The notes under the pieces were generated by a model. That model was not told where the DNA came from. It saw only the letters and a list, made by a program, of their open reading frames with translations, and ran no database searches. Positions 29,444 to 46,282 of a stretch of 64,000 bases of DNA are shown in pieces. Made by a program: the position numbers and the translations under genes. The stretch is taken from NCBI GenBank assembly GCA_964016885.1, contig OZ024740.1, positions 139,686,001 to 139,750,000 of the forward strand, given 5' to 3'. The stretch comes from Eledone cirrhosa (lineage: Eukaryota). Numbering within the stretch: position 1 is the stretch's first letter; each line of letters begins with the position of its first letter.

Positions 29444-29654
29444 TTGTTTGTATGTGTGTGTACGTGTTTATGTGGATGAGTGTGGATGTATGTATATATA
29501 CAATTAGAGCCTCGCATTCAGAATATGGGGAATGGAAAAACAAAGACTGAAACTTTGTTTCAGATTGTGAGAACCATTGTGAGATAGTTTCTACAGTTGG
29601 TTGATTCCAGTTGGGTTTTTTTTAAATAATTTTACATAATTACAGTGGGATTAT

Positions 29655-30140
29655 ACCTTGTATGCCAACTTCGTGAAAACAACGAACGTGTTTCGATACT
29701 ATTAGGTCTCCTTAGCGGCGTAGTCACTTAACAAATGGGATTGACTAGAATATCAAGTAAACATATTAGGAGAGAAGAATTAAAATATACGCTAATTATG
29801 TGTCACCAAATATAAATGGGAAAATGTCTGAGGGAAGTGGGGTCGTGAGAGGGCCTCTCTGCTTGAAGTATATATATATATACAAACAAACTTGCAACCA
29901 GGATATGGTGAGTGAGGAAAAGATTACCCTCGCATTTTCAAAGCCGAACTATTTTAGTGGGTATTTAGAGGGTGAGAAGCAATCAAAGAAGAACCGGGGT
30001 TGAGCCAAGTTTTTGTATGTTGTTTTCGCTTTTTGAAAATGTAGTGGGAGTGTGTTTTACCATCATGCCAACTAATGAAAGCCACAGACATGTTTCTATA
30101 TAATTATATCTCCTCAGCGAAGCATATTCACTTACATATG
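29655..30140 (-). mobile_element. Family M diverged tandem dimer, hammerheads about 403 nt apart
   Basis: 29680-29720 CUAAGGA..GAAACACGUU (mutated core); 30081-30123 GCUUCG CUGAGGA GAUAUA/UAUAUA GAAACAUGUC UGUGGC; shared ATGCCAACT and TCACTTA flanks. Confidence 0.65.
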
Positions 30141-30374
30141 TTTACCAACATGTCTTCTGAATAAACTGCGACATTTCTTCTTTTTGTTTATTCAATTTAC
30201 AAATAAACTGGGTGAAACTGTGAAGACGTGAACAGAAACTAAATCAAATCACATGTTATAGCTTGCCTTTACTATACATGTTTTCTGACATATATGTATG
30301 TTTATATATATATATATAAATGGCGGTGGCGGTGAGTGAATGTATGTGCGTACGTGCGTGTGTATATAAGTATT

Positions 30375-30508
<134 letters not shown>

Positions 30509-31044
30509 GAGAGAGAGAGAGAGAGAGAGAGAGATACATACATATATGTATACATAATTATATGTGTATGAATAAGTATGTGTGTGTATATGTATGTATA
30601 TATGTATGTATGTATGTGTATTTATGTGTATGTAAGTACCCAAAAGAGAGGGGGACAGAAGAAGAAAGACACAGAAAATGGGACAATGTTTGAAACAATA
30701 TCTAAAATAACTGAATAAGTAAAGGAAAAATGTCTTCAAACATCATCCAGTTTGTTTTCATTAAAATGATATTCAGCTGTTCTATGGTGGAAACCTCAAA
30801 AGAAACTATAGAATGCATTATTTCTTCTATTTTACTTTATGATTATGGTGATCTTGTTTACATTGGCTTTTATTATTTTTAACGTTTTTTCTTTCTTCAT
30901 CTGGTCCCAACTTTTTTCCTCCTTTTAAGTTACACCACCCTCACTATAATTGTGTTTACGACAATATATATACATACATATATATATAAAATTTAAAAGT
31001 TTATATACATATAAACTAGACAGAGCTATATATATATATATATG

Positions 31045-31657
31045 TGTCTGTTTTTTGCAACCATACGCGGTGTGGCTCAATGACAAATTAATTAAATAAT
31101 TAACAATCAGGGCAATATATAAAAAAGTAAGTCCACAGAATCATTAGATAAAATATATATACAGTATTTCTTCTCCCAATCAGCATAATGAACCACACAA
31201 AAATCATTTAAACGAGGCTATAAGTTTGAAATATACTTATGAAGAAACAATAGATAAATAAAGGATAGCTTTTTATCCGCGATTCACAGCCACAGAAAAT
31301 TTACCTAGTATTTCTGATAGCCTGTAGAAATTAACTAGATATATAGTTAACCATACATAATTAGGCACAAAATCAAAGTTAGAATAAAAAATGTACATAA
31401 ACATACCCAAATCATCAAAATCTATCTCTACCCCCGGGAGTTTCATTCACATTTTGGATATATCCGATCTCGGAAAAATCAACGAGTTTGGAAATCATCA
31501 GGAGATAAACTCAATTGGACAAAGATTTTTCTTAAATGATCCCCGCCAGAAACGAATTCAAAATGGCTAAGAATTGTCACGTGGCCAGTGGTCAAGTCAG
31601 AAAGCTTGTGATTGGTGCCTGTCAGCGAGTAGGCTGGTTGCTAGAAAGCGCAGCCGA
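31045..31657 (-). mobile_element. Family D diverged copy with hammerhead at 31423-31507
   Basis: UAUCUC CUGAUGA ... GAAACUCCCGGGGGUA GAGAUA; aligns with 56335-56755 and 58985-59472. Confidence 0.8.
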
Positions 31658-31677
31658 ATATATATATATATATATAT

Positions 31678-31778
31678 AGGAAAAGAGTCAGAACCTTTTC
31701 CTATTACCCACTCTACTACCCAGAATCGACTACTTTGGTGCGTTATGGTCCACCTGGTTACTGACCACACTTCTTTCG

Positions 31779-31780
<2 letters not shown>
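31678..31780 (+). mobile_element. Family A tail fragment
   Basis: CCTATTACCCACTCTACTACCC...CTTTGGTGCGTTATGGTCCACCTGGTT as at 10624-10706. Confidence 0.85.
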
Positions 31781-31838
<58 letters not shown>

Positions 31839-31905
31839 TATATATATATTATATATAGATATAGATATATATAAATATTAGATATATATGTGTGTGTGTG
31901 TGTTT

Positions 31906-31984
<79 letters not shown>

Positions 31985-32003
31985 CATATATATGTATGTG
32001 TGT

Positions 32004-32045
<42 letters not shown>

Positions 32046-32049
<4 letters not shown>

Positions 32050-33060
32050 TAGCCGAATTACCCGCGCCTTCTGCGTTTCACACATTTATTTTGTAAGAAA
32101 ATGATGATTGATTTTAAATCAGTGATATAATTTATGGAGAAAAACTCTACATTTCAATATTACTCAGTGTAAAATGTAATGCATGAAAATTGGAAAACAT
32201 TATTTTTTGTAATATATCAAATCAAAATTACATTATTAAATCTTATTCTTATTTTGTTTCTTGTAAATCATATTTTTTTAAATTTCAGTTCAAAACTTGA
32301 TCATTTCATTTTTGTGTAAAGCATTATTTTCAAATTAGAAATTCAAAGTTTAATTATTTATTTTTTAACATAATAAACACGTGAAAATATATTTCATACT
32401 TTGTCCTAATGAAGAACTTCAGGGTAAACAACATATCTTGTCTTTCTTTGATTGTCTAAAATGTAGAGATTTTTTGAAGTTCCAGTCCTTGAAACAGCCA
32501 CATAAAACATGCCATGTCTGAAACAAGAGTTTGCCAGATCTATACCAATAGTTTTGAAAGTTTGACCTCTTATTGATGCTCATAGCAAAGCATGGCCTCA
32601 CTGGGAACTGCAGCCTCTTAAATGTAAAAGGCAACTCGCTATCACTTTGTATAGGTGGAATCCTCCGAATGAGAAGAGCTTGACCTTTGTAAGCCCCGAA
32701 TATAATGATTGCTTGAATCAAGTTCTCATGCAATCTTGTTACAACACATCTTGTTCCGTTCATTGGCCCAAATTTTCACTTAGGGTGTCTTATTGAAATT
32801 TGCTGAAATTTTGTGAATAGGCATCATATCATGTCATTTACCTATGGTTTAAATTTCATATAAATCGAAGGGAAAAATGTTCAGCGGGGTTTTGTGCCCC
32901 CGGGAAACCCTTTGATTAAAATGAAGTATACTTATCCAAGTACCCTGGGCAATGTAGTTTCAGAATATATATGGTTATGGGGGTCTATCTCCAAAACCAT
33001 AGGAGGAGTTCGTGAACAAACAAACAAACAAACAAACAGGAACTACAACTTCACATATAT
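32046..33060 (-). mobile_element. Internally deleted Helitron
   Basis: Helicase fragment plus 5' region with (TGTT)n typical of non-autonomous Helitrons and a 3' GC-rich end CGCGGGTAATTCGGCTA. Confidence 0.7.
32419..32763 (-). pseudogene. Helitron Pif1-family helicase C-terminal fragment
   Basis: NGTRCVV...LIRRIP...LPFTFKRLQFPVRPCFAMSINK, then frameshift. Confidence 0.92.
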
Positions 33061-33335
33061 TGTGTGTTTGTGTGTGCGTGTGTAGCAATTACATCGCACA
33101 AGAGTTATTAAAGCCATTCAAAAACACTGCTAACTTCACTTTTCATTTATCATTTATTTCTTGGTGTCAACATTTTAATCATACTGTTTATATTGTTATA
33201 TAAAGTATTAGGTTTTGTTAATGATAAACTTATGCTTTGTACATTTACGTACACGAAACATGAGAGATAAAACTGACAAAACCATCTAGAGCATTCGAAC
33301 TACGTATACGTTGTATATCGAACAGTCATAGAGAC

Positions 33336-33654
33336 CAGTGGTCTCCAACCGTTTTTATATCACGGACCGGCTTCATACCGGACAGTCATTCTGCGGACCG
33401 GTAGTTGCACATATGTGTTATTTAAGTGCATTTCGATAAAAAGAGCAATAATAAAAAGAGCAATTTATTAAAGGGAAGAAAAAGCGTATTGAGTATATAA
33501 ATATTGGATATTTAAACAAATCTCTGAAATTTAAAGTCCAATATTCAATTTATCTATTATATAATTTTAAACAAGTTAATTATTTCTTTGCGGCCCGGTA
33601 GCAAATGATCCACGAACCGCTACAGGTCCGCGGCCTGGTGGTTGGGGACCTCTG
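33336..33654. mobile_element. hAT (Charlie-like) MITE
   Basis: TIRs CAGTGGTCTCCAACC and GGTTGGGGACCTCTG; subterminal GCGGACCGG/GCGGCCCGG motifs; TSD not clean. Confidence 0.8.
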
Positions 33655-34325
33655 GCATAGATCACTACTCTAAGATGATTCGAAAGCCTTTCAATGTCAA
33701 ATGTTGTGTATTGTAATGTCTAACCATACGACAAGAAGTAAACAGCTGCGGTTTGTCCAGTTAGATATTTCTATACGCTAAATTTGAAGTTAATATGGTG
33801 TCAAGCTATCCTCTAGAATCCAGACTTTTTAAAGGCCGTTACTTTACTACCTGTTTCACTACTACTGTGTGGCAGATAGATATAGTCTGCTTTTCCTTGC
33901 CAAGTTGGGGCAACATTAACTCTTTCATTACTATATTTCCAATGAAACACACTGCCAATATGTTTCAATGAATTTTGAATTTAATAAAAAAAAAATAGAA
34001 AATGTATTAAATTAAATTTTTCGTTAGTAAGCTTACGTTTGGAACATTACTTAACAAAAAAGTCTTAAATAAAATTATGATGGAAGGTTTTGGTGTACGT
34101 GTGAATGAACACTTTAAAACAAGCAGCTTATTTTTAATTATAGAACCAGGGACTGTTTCTAGCAGTGTGATATCCAAAGATTTAATACTGAAATGATGTG
34201 ACAGCCTGTTTCATCCCACACGTACCGTTGCAGCCGAGTGATTATGAGCATCCTGTTTCAACCATGTGTTTCCGGGTTGACTCTCACATCCTCGGGTTGA
34301 CGAATATCTTCAGTTATATTTCGCC

Positions 34326-34460
<135 letters not shown>

Positions 34461-35205
34461 TGTGTGTGTGTGCGTGCGTGTGTGTGTTTCCTGCTACAAA
34501 CGGTATTTCGTCACCTTATGTGAAAAATTGTAACTTACCCATGCGATTAAATAGACATCGTAAAAATAAGTACCAGCCAGAAATATATAAGGAGAGTCGA
34601 TGTAAAGGCAATTCCCCAGCATGGCTACAGGGCAATTACTAAATAAAGTCATGCTATCTCAACTGTTTCATTTGAACCCTTTCGTTACCAACGGTTTTCA
34701 AATAATTTTGAAAGTAATTAGGAATTTGAAGGGATTAGATAATATAACTAACTTTGTCATTTTTTTAGCTGTTATTTGGAACAAACGTTCTTAAAGAAAA
34801 TTATTATGGAAGGTTTTTAGCTAAATATAGATACTTTAAAATAAACAGCTTAGTGTCATAGAACCAGAAGCGTTATAAAAAGTTTAAACAGATGGTTTTT
34901 GATAGGAATGTACTACAAGTAGCACGAAATAGCTGATATTTGTTGATGCAACAGAGCTGATCGTATAATAATATTTGCTGTGGGGCACTCGTGAATAGAA
35001 GTCGAATAGGTATATTGCGGGGTGAGTGTTTGATTGAGTTAAACGTCTGATCTGGTGATCTTGTGAAGTAGTGTGGGGCGACGGAGAGGAGGAAATTAGG
35101 TGAAAAAGACATTGAGTATTGTTTGCATAGCAGAATTGACTAGAAAAGAATGGTCTTTCTCTGTCCCTCTCTATCTCTCTCTCCCTTTCTCTCTCTCCCT
35201 TTATG

Positions 35206-35251
<46 letters not shown>

Positions 35252-35365
35252 TGTATGTATGTATGTATGTATGTATGTATCTACACTTGTGTATTTATAA
35301 ACGTGCGAGTGGGTATACATGCATATATACCCACTCGCACGCATATCTGGGTATTTATGTGTGTG

Positions 35366-35403
<38 letters not shown>

Positions 35404-37589
35404 TATACCACATCAAACTATGAAAAGGTTTCTAAGAGAGAGACTGTGACAAGGTGTGAGAAAAAGATATTAAGCGTAAATGTTTGTTTATTTCAGTGTG
35501 TAGGTGTGGTTTGAAAGAAAGAGAGAGATTGGGGTGTCTGTGTGTGTATGTGTATGTGTGTATGTGTGTGTGTGCGAGAGAGAGAGGGGAGGGGAGAGGA
35601 AGAGAGAGAGAAGGAAGAAACAGAGAGATTCTGAGAGGAATTATGGAATTGGTATAGCGACATAGAATACATAACATTTCTGTCGTTCGTGTTGCATGAT
35701 TCAAAAGGCTGATACTTTCAATGTTTTCATTAATATTTCATTTTATTAGTAGTATTACCATTGATACTATCATCATCATCGCCATTCTTAATCATCATTA
35801 TTTTATTTCATTATTTAATATCTGTATATATGAATTTTATGTGGTATAAAATAAAATAAATTATATTTTTAAATTTTAATCAATTATCACATCATTTCTT
35901 TTGTTCTTGGTGGTGACTATTATTGTTGTTCTTCTTCTGTCGTTATTGTTGCAGTAGAGACATTCATCAGTTATTTATTGTATCCTCTTTATTTATTTAT
36001 TCTGCTCGTTATTCAAATACATTTCGTTGCATATTTTATTATTGTTATTTTTACTGTTATTATTATTATTGTTGTTATTATTGTTATTATTATTATTTCT
36101 AAAACAGCCATTAACTGAAATGAAATGATGAAATATAAACTTCATTATTGATTAACAATTTTTTTCTATTTGATTTATTTTCACCCCGAATCCATTACGA
36201 GAGGCTATATGATAGAGTTATTATTTAACCAATACACGAGGAAACGCCATTAGGAGTTTCGTTTCATCTCCTAAAACATCCAAATTTACTATATCGTCTG
36301 CCTTTTCATCTATACCCAATTTCAGAAATAAATAAACAAATATATGAATATAACATCTGCTTCTTTTACAATTATTTTTCGGAAAGAGTGTTTCACTTTA
36401 AAACTAAGATGGTTCGTTGCTTTATTGATTATATTCATCTGTTCATTGATTTTGGAGGCTGTTGATCGTGCGTTCTCCTTTATCTGTTTGTGTGACTTTT
36501 AGTATTTTATATTATAATTCCGTTTCCTGTTAAATAACCATGGTAATATGGAAATAACATATTTAAAATCAATATATATATATATATATATATATATAAG
36601 AAAATAAATGTTGAAGATGTGCAAATGTGATTCATATATATGAATATGTATCATTTGTTCAGAGATATTTTATACACAGTTGAACACCAATTCGTTCACA
36701 TGCATTTATAAGCTGACGTGACGGCGCAAATGGACCCAACCTTGTGAATGAAATTAAGTAGAGGGAAACTATTTTAGATGGACTGTACGTGTAATAAAAA
36801 TGTTCAGCCTTATCACACTGTGTCAAGTAGTATCGCCCAACGAATAATGTTAAAGGCACACATAGTTGTAGAATGCTCGGTCGCTTATACGTTAATTTCA
36901 TAAGCAGACAGACCCGTCGAGAGAACTATAGGAATTCCCTTCATCGAAACTAATAGAGGTGTATTCTATCCATTCCTTCCACGTATATGTATGCGTACGT
37001 GCGTATATCTGTTAGACACGAAGTAACTAACAACAGAATGTTTTAGTCACTTTTAGTGTTCTAACATATATGTGTAGATCGTCAATTTTTTTTTCAAGGT
37101 TGGGCCGTGGCCGTGGTGATTACATGCCATTGGCTAATTTTCAACCAATCAGAGTAAGTGTTGCTCAAAAGCATCAGCATGTGTTTTTTTGTTTGTTTTC
37201 CTAGTTCATTTACTTTTGTTATTTCGTCGTTATATGATTTTTTTAAATTTATATTAACTATTTTTAAAACAAATGTAATATATCTCATTAATTTGCTCAG
37301 GGAAAAAAGAAAATGTATATAGACTGATAATTGCAATTGTATGTAAATATTTTATTGTTTATTTATTTTATGTTTTCTATTATGTATAATATATTGATTT
37401 AATATTGATTGTTTTTTGTTGTGGTTATATTAAAAGTCTGAACATATTTTTATACATCTTACACTAATATTTATAAGATCATTTATAATAACAATTATAT
37501 AATCTAATTACATTACAACGATAATTTATTATTAATATATATCATGTTTAACTAGAGTTATTACAAGCGTTGCCTTAAAAAAATATTAA

Positions 37590-38551
37590 ACTAGACATGA
37601 AAAATACGCAAACTCAAAAGAGCCACAGAATGTTATAATAAACCTTCAAAAGTGTGGGACTAGAGTTGTTACTCAAAAATATTGTAATCATTATCTATCG
37701 TACAATCTGTGGCATCCTTTATAAAAATATCACAATAAATACATCTATGTTTAATGTAATAACAGCTATAAATAATTACGTAATATTATTATCATATACT
37801 CATAGTCTCTTTTTTATAAAATCTGTGGCATCCTTTTATAAAAAAGAGACTCATAAGGAACTCAAGACGACACGATAATTAATTAAGTGAATTTATAATA
37901 TAGAATTCGGTTTAAGTGCATTTCGTATTAATCATTACTAAACATCTAATATGAGATATTGGACATTAGCTTAAACCAACCATGCCTTTCTTTTTACACT
38001 ATTTCACTGCATGAAAATTACCATGAGATCATGATATTAGATATAAGATGCAGCAGAATATCTACATCTGTAAAAGTACGAAAGCGAAGTAATGATAAAT
38101 GGCTTAAGGCAATTCCAATATGAAAGTTTGCAGTGATAAAAATTTGATGATACAATACGATTGTTAATGTTATAGTTCGATGAAAATATATATACTATAT
38201 ATAACAATATATATAACAATATATGTAACAATATATAACTAAATTATTTTAATATTAGTATATTTATAAAATTATCATTATAGATTTGATCGTTCATATA
38301 AGCATCATATTAATTTTCAACACAATTATTTTGTTACTATGAGTATATGATAATAATATTACGTAATTATTTATAGCTGTTATTACATTAAACATAGATG
38401 TATTTATTGTGATATTTTTATAAAGGATGCCACAGTTTGTACGATAGATAATGATTACAATATTTTTGAGCAACAACTCTAGTCCCACACTTTTGAAGGT
38501 TTATTATAACATTCTGTGGCTCTTTTGTGCTTGCGCATTTTTCATGTCTAG
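37590..38551. repeat. About 215-bp inverted repeat with about 530-bp spacer
   Basis: 37590-37806 is the reverse complement of 38336-38551; right arm ends in a TA/TG tract. Confidence 0.9.
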
Positions 38552-38563
38552 TATATATATATA

Positions 38564-38636
<73 letters not shown>

Positions 38637-38774
38637 ATCGTGAAATATGCTGTTTGCTGCAATGTAATGACATTAAAATCATGTCATGTAAATTAAGGTA
38701 AACATTAAGGTAAATATATATACACTGCAAATTAAGATAAATCTTAAGGTAAATATATACATTAAGCTGCTGGG

Positions 38775-38960
38775 AGGGCGATAGGCTATCAGAATTGCTA
38801 GTGCATCAGACAAAATGCTTTATGTTATTTAGTTCAAGTCCTGCTGAGGCCAACTTTGCCTTTCAACACTCCGAGGTCGATGTAATAAAGTATCGTTCGA
38901 GTACTGAGGTCGATTTGCCCTGCTTTAAAATTACTGGCCTTTTGCCTATGTTAAAAGTCA
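38775..38960 (+). mobile_element. Diverged SINE
   Basis: GAGGCCAACTTTGCCTTTCAACACTCCGAGGTCGAT core. Confidence 0.7.
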
Positions 38961-39089
38961 TTATTAATCTGGCTGTTGGAACATAAATTGACATATGTCC
39001 TTACAAAAAATTATGATGCAAGCTTTTTAGTATCTGTGGAAAGACACACAAAAATGAAAGCATAACTATGATGCAGGAGGAATGACGAC

Positions 39090-39850
39090 AAGATGAGGAC
39101 GGGTGGAAATCAAGGACTGAGAAGCTAACATCCCAGGGAGCTTTGATCATATATAACTTCTCTAAGGGGAGGATTACTTGGGATGACCTATGGAGAATGG
39201 AACGTTTCGACGTCTCCTTCCTGTTACGGGTGGTGTATGACGTACAATCGACTTTTCACAGAGGGAAGACGTATCTTGTGGGCTTTGTAGAAATGGAGGT
39301 ACCATATTGCATATTCTATCAAAATGTAAGACAACATACACTCAAGAGAGAAAAAGATGGTATCACAACAAGTTGCTCATGGCACTTGCTAATATTCTGG
39401 AATAAGGGAAACAAAGAATACCAAACATAGAAGCCAATGCCATCATTCAGGTCTACACTCTCTACCATAGTTAGAACATATATAACCTACTATAAATGGC
39501 CGAATTATGGGATATGAAGGTTGAACAAGGAGAAAGGTTGCAGTTTCCCCATAGAAGGCATGGCTATTTCCAGTTGAGACGGACTGCAGAGCATTTCTGA
39601 CTCAATCGGAATGGAGAATGCTTACTGCAATTGAAATTACAGGAAAGAAGTCAGTAGATAGCAGAAATAGCTTTTTGTTTATTATGGAGCAGGAGAGAGG
39701 AGTTAACCTGGACGCCAAGATAAGAAAAGGGGTAGTGAATTGGCCATCACTGCCAACTTATCAATGGCTGGGTGTTACGATTCGGGGTCGAAACAAACAT
39801 TGAGCAGTGGGCATCATGTCCTCCTGGTAAAGGATATATTCACCGAAGGT
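39090..39850 (+). pseudogene. HERO/NeSL-like REL non-LTR retrotransposon remnant
   Basis: RITWDDLWRMERFDVSFLLRVVYDV, then HILSKC...WYHNKLL in another frame. Confidence 0.7.
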
Positions 39851-39978
39851 GAATGAATGTAAAGCATCTTCTTTAAGACGGAATTATCCTTATATATATC
39901 TATATGTGTATGTGTGTAGGCACATATGCATACATGCATACATACATATATATATATATATACGTTCACACACACACC

Positions 39979-40163
39979 GGTGGATTGGCAGCGTCGGTAG
40001 AGGGTAGGACGCCATGCTTTGACGCATAGAGTTACGGCCCTTGCCATTCTGAGTTCAAATCCCGCCGAGGTTAACTTTGCCTTTCATCCTTACGGGGTCG
40101 ATAAAATAAAGTACCAGTAATGTACTGGGTATTTGCTGGCCTTGTGCCAAAAGTAGAAACAAT
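39979..40163 (+). mobile_element. Octopus-type SINE, near full length
   Basis: Nearly identical to 6928-7090. Confidence 0.9.
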
Positions 40164-40190
40164 TATATATATATATATATATATACGTTT

Positions 40191-40757
<567 letters not shown>

Positions 40758-40950
40758 GTATGAGTGTTGTAATTTGTTTGAAGCATTGTTGAAAAGGAAA
40801 CGCCAAATTTAAATAATTTTTAAAACCATACAATGCATTAGAAAGAAAATCAAGATTGATTTTCTTTCTAATGCATTGTATGGTTTTCAAAGTTATTTAA
40901 ATTTGTGTTTCATATATATATATATATATATACATACATAGACAGAGAGG

Positions 40951-40988
<38 letters not shown>

Positions 40989-41309
40989 GGTGGAATTGGA
41001 AATAGCACGGAAATATATATTTAAGGATCTGTTTTTCTAGTTTTCTTCTTTGATTCATCAAAGCGACATTATTGAAAAAATTAGAGGAACAATTCTTTTA
41101 AAAAGAGTTTTATAATGTATATAAAATGTATAAAATGTAACCGGTTTTGATGTTTCAGTGTGAACCATCTTATAAAATGTTGAATATTATAATTAAAAAG
41201 AATTAAAAAGAATAAAAAAGAATAAATTTTTTCTTTTTAATTTAAAATTAAGTGTTGAAACGGTCTGTTCATCTTTCTTGTTGTGAAGGCTGGGTCTAAA
41301 ATGGAGCCC

Positions 41310-41373
<64 letters not shown>

Positions 41374-41513
41374 CCCCCCCCCCACACACACATATATATA
41401 CATATATATATTACACATATATGTGTGTGTTGGGGTGTATATATATATATGTATATATATATATGTATATATATATGTATATATATATGTATATGTATAT
41501 ATATATATGTATG

Positions 41514-41598
<85 letters not shown>

Positions 41599-41864
41599 GT
41601 ATGTAGTTTGGATTTCATCTATATTATATTTTCGCATTACTAATTAAGCATTGAGTTACCACTTTAAATAATCTGGGACTAATATAATCATGTATATATA
41701 TGAGAATAAGAAGACGTATTTACGTACACAACTCAGACTGACACGTGTCAGTATGTGTCTACCAAAATGTATATATTTCTTGGTTTTGGGTAGTTTGTAA
41801 CAAATATTGATGTATGTATATATGTATATAAGTAATACACATACGCACGCACACACACACACAT

Positions 41865-41931
<67 letters not shown>

Positions 41932-42143
41932 AGTTTATGCTTCTTGACAGGCAGTATACTTGATTATTTAGTTAATTCTGCAGATGTCCATGTGTGTATC
42001 TTTATAGTATGAGGTACATCAGTGTATATATATGCATATAAATACATATACATATATATATATATATATATATACTCTTTTACTCTTTTACCTGTTTCAG
42101 CCATCCGGCTGAATATATATATACTATATATATATATATATAT

Positions 42144-42704
42144 AGTAATAATAATAAAATTGAAGACTAAAATCCAAAGAGGGCTCGATAAGGAAAATAT
42201 ATATCAAATATATAAGAACCGTAGAGCAAATATTTATTAAAATAACAGATTAAAGTTTAAGCAAAGAATCGCTGCTTTCACCCTTAACGGGATCTTCTGA
42301 AACTAAGAAAGTCAATCTGTAAACGCAGAACTGGATATTTCAAAAAACGTTGCAACCGGAGGAAGACAGGAAGACGATACGTTTTTTCGTTCATTGCCAG
42401 AGAACGTCTCTATGCACCACCTAAGGGAACATTAGTCTACGACCTCTTTTATACCATAAACGTGGTTTTGTCTTTGCGCGTAATTGTTTTTCACCGCTCC
42501 TATTAATGACGTATTATTCGTTTTTTCCCGTTCTTTGCCAGCGAACGTTACCACGAACCAAAGTATCGTTTTCCTGTCTTCCTCCCATTGCAACGTTTTT
42601 TGAAATATCCAGTTCTGCGTTTACAGATTGACTTTGTTAGTTTCAGAAGATCCTTTAAGGGTGAAAGCAGCGATTCTTTGCTTAAACTTTAATCTGTTAT
42701 TTTA

Positions 42705-42710
<6 letters not shown>
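42144..42710. mobile_element. Family B foldback in (TA)n
   Basis: 42228-42380 is the reverse complement of 42563-42710; CAGAAGA hammerhead folds at 42254-42304 (-) and 42639-42688 (+). Confidence 0.9.
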
Positions 42711-42740
<30 letters not shown>

Positions 42741-42743
<3 letters not shown>

Positions 42744-42948
42744 GGAGGTGAGTTTTATTGTAGTACAATAAAGCAATAAAATATGTTGATTTAAAACTAC
42801 ACTATCCACAAGTGTTTTTTAGCCTTCATATCATGTTCTCATGTTTTATCTGATGAAAACACAAATATTATTGCATGATGATGTTTGTTTTTGAAATGCG
42901 CATAATAAAATACATGGAACTCCTTTAACCATCTTTTGATCTTATATT
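42741..42948. mobile_element. Family N second copy (short inverted 3' end plus sense arm); hammerhead at 42843-42911
   Basis: 42741-42777 is the reverse complement of 40617-40653; the rest matches 40412-40565. Confidence 0.9.
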
Positions 42949-42966
42949 ATATATATATATATATAT

Positions 42967-43150
42967 AGTTATACTTGGGGAGGGTCATATTTGTGTAATA
43001 TTGCCAGAATTAATAACAGAACACACTCACTGTTTGGTTGGTTTTCGCTTCTCGCTGTCTTTTATATCTGCGATCTAACTTAATCGGTCCTCAATGTTGC
43101 CATTGACTGACCGACGGTCAAAAATAATACAGATACAATATAGACACAAA
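42967..43150. mobile_element. Family H copy
   Basis: Matches 17388-17570. Confidence 0.8.
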
Positions 43151-43297
43151 CACATATATATAGTTCACATAATTTACATAAATCTTTCGTTGCACATCTG
43201 CAACATCGTCAGTGGTGTTATATTTTTTCCTCCTGTTGTGTTGTATGTCTACGCCATTTTTTATTCAGTCTGTCTATCTATATATATATATATATAT

Positions 43298-43360
43298 ACC
43301 CTAAGTATTGAGTACTTCGGTGCGTTATGGTCCATCTGGTTCCTTACCACATTTCCATCG

Positions 43361-43362
<2 letters not shown>
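43298..43362 (+). mobile_element. Family A 3' tip between TA tracts
   Basis: Matches 10641-10706. Confidence 0.85.
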
Positions 43363-43395
<33 letters not shown>

Positions 43396-43492
43396 CATAC
43401 ATACATACATACATACATACATACATACATACATACATACATACATACATACATACATACATACATACATACATACATACATACATACATAC

Positions 43493-43981
43493 ATGAGACA
43501 CGATGGGATAGCTAGAACTATCTGGAACGCACTTCGGAAAACAAAATTAACAACAAACGAGGAAGAATATATTGAGACAGATGGCACTAAGGAATACTGG
43601 TGGAACCTGAAAATAAAAACTGCCACCAAATTAAAGCACAACCGGCCTGATATTGTAGTTTGGGACCACACATTGAAAACGTGTTCTGTTGTGGAGATCA
43701 GCTGCCCACTTGATGTAAACGTTGTCAGAAAAATACAGGGGAAGGAGGACATCTACGGACCATTGATGAGGAGCTTACAAATCCAGTATCCAAGATACAC
43801 CTTTAGCTTCATACCCATCATTATTGGTGCTACGGGTTATATACCAACCCGCTTGGACCAAAGTATGACCGAACTTGGATTTGCGGACAAAAAGCGCAGC
43901 TCCCTAATTCATAGTCTACAAATGGCTGCGATAGCTGGCACCTTCAAAATATGCAAAACATTCTTGCGATTCAAGGGATGA
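43493..43981 (+). CDS. Restriction-like endonuclease (PD-(D/E)xK) domain, C-terminus of a retrotransposon ORF (truncated)
   Basis: RHDGIA...[19 protein letters not shown]...[10 protein letters not shown]...K..GK..IY..L...IPIIIGATG. Confidence 0.85.
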   Translation: MRHDGIARTIWNALRKTKLTTNEEEYIETDGTKEYWWNLKIKTATKLKHNRPDIVVWDHTLKTCSVVEISCPLDVNVVRKIQGKEDIYGPLMRSLQIQYPRYTFSFIPIIIGATGYIPTRLDQSMTELGFADKKRSSLIHSLQMAAIAGTFKICKTFLRFKG

Positions 43982-44062
43982 CAATTTCTTTTCTTTTACA
44001 ACCTTGCCACCAGGAAGGTGGCCGGTCAAAAAAATATACTCGAAATTAAGAGAAAGAGAAAA
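43493..44062 (+). mobile_element. 5'-truncated R4/Dong-like non-LTR retrotransposon in (CATA)n
   Basis: Open REL endonuclease ORF followed by an 80-bp 3' UTR; (CATA)n on both sides. Confidence 0.85.
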
Positions 44063-44063
44063 C

Positions 44064-44094
<31 letters not shown>

Positions 44095-44120
44095 CATACA
44101 GATGTATATATATATATATA

Positions 44121-46282
<2,162 letters not shown>

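Noticed and set aside
43094-43492. N-terminal part of the 295-aa ORF
   Set aside because: Read-through of family H and A fragments and (TA)/(CATA)n; only 43493-43981 is protein-like
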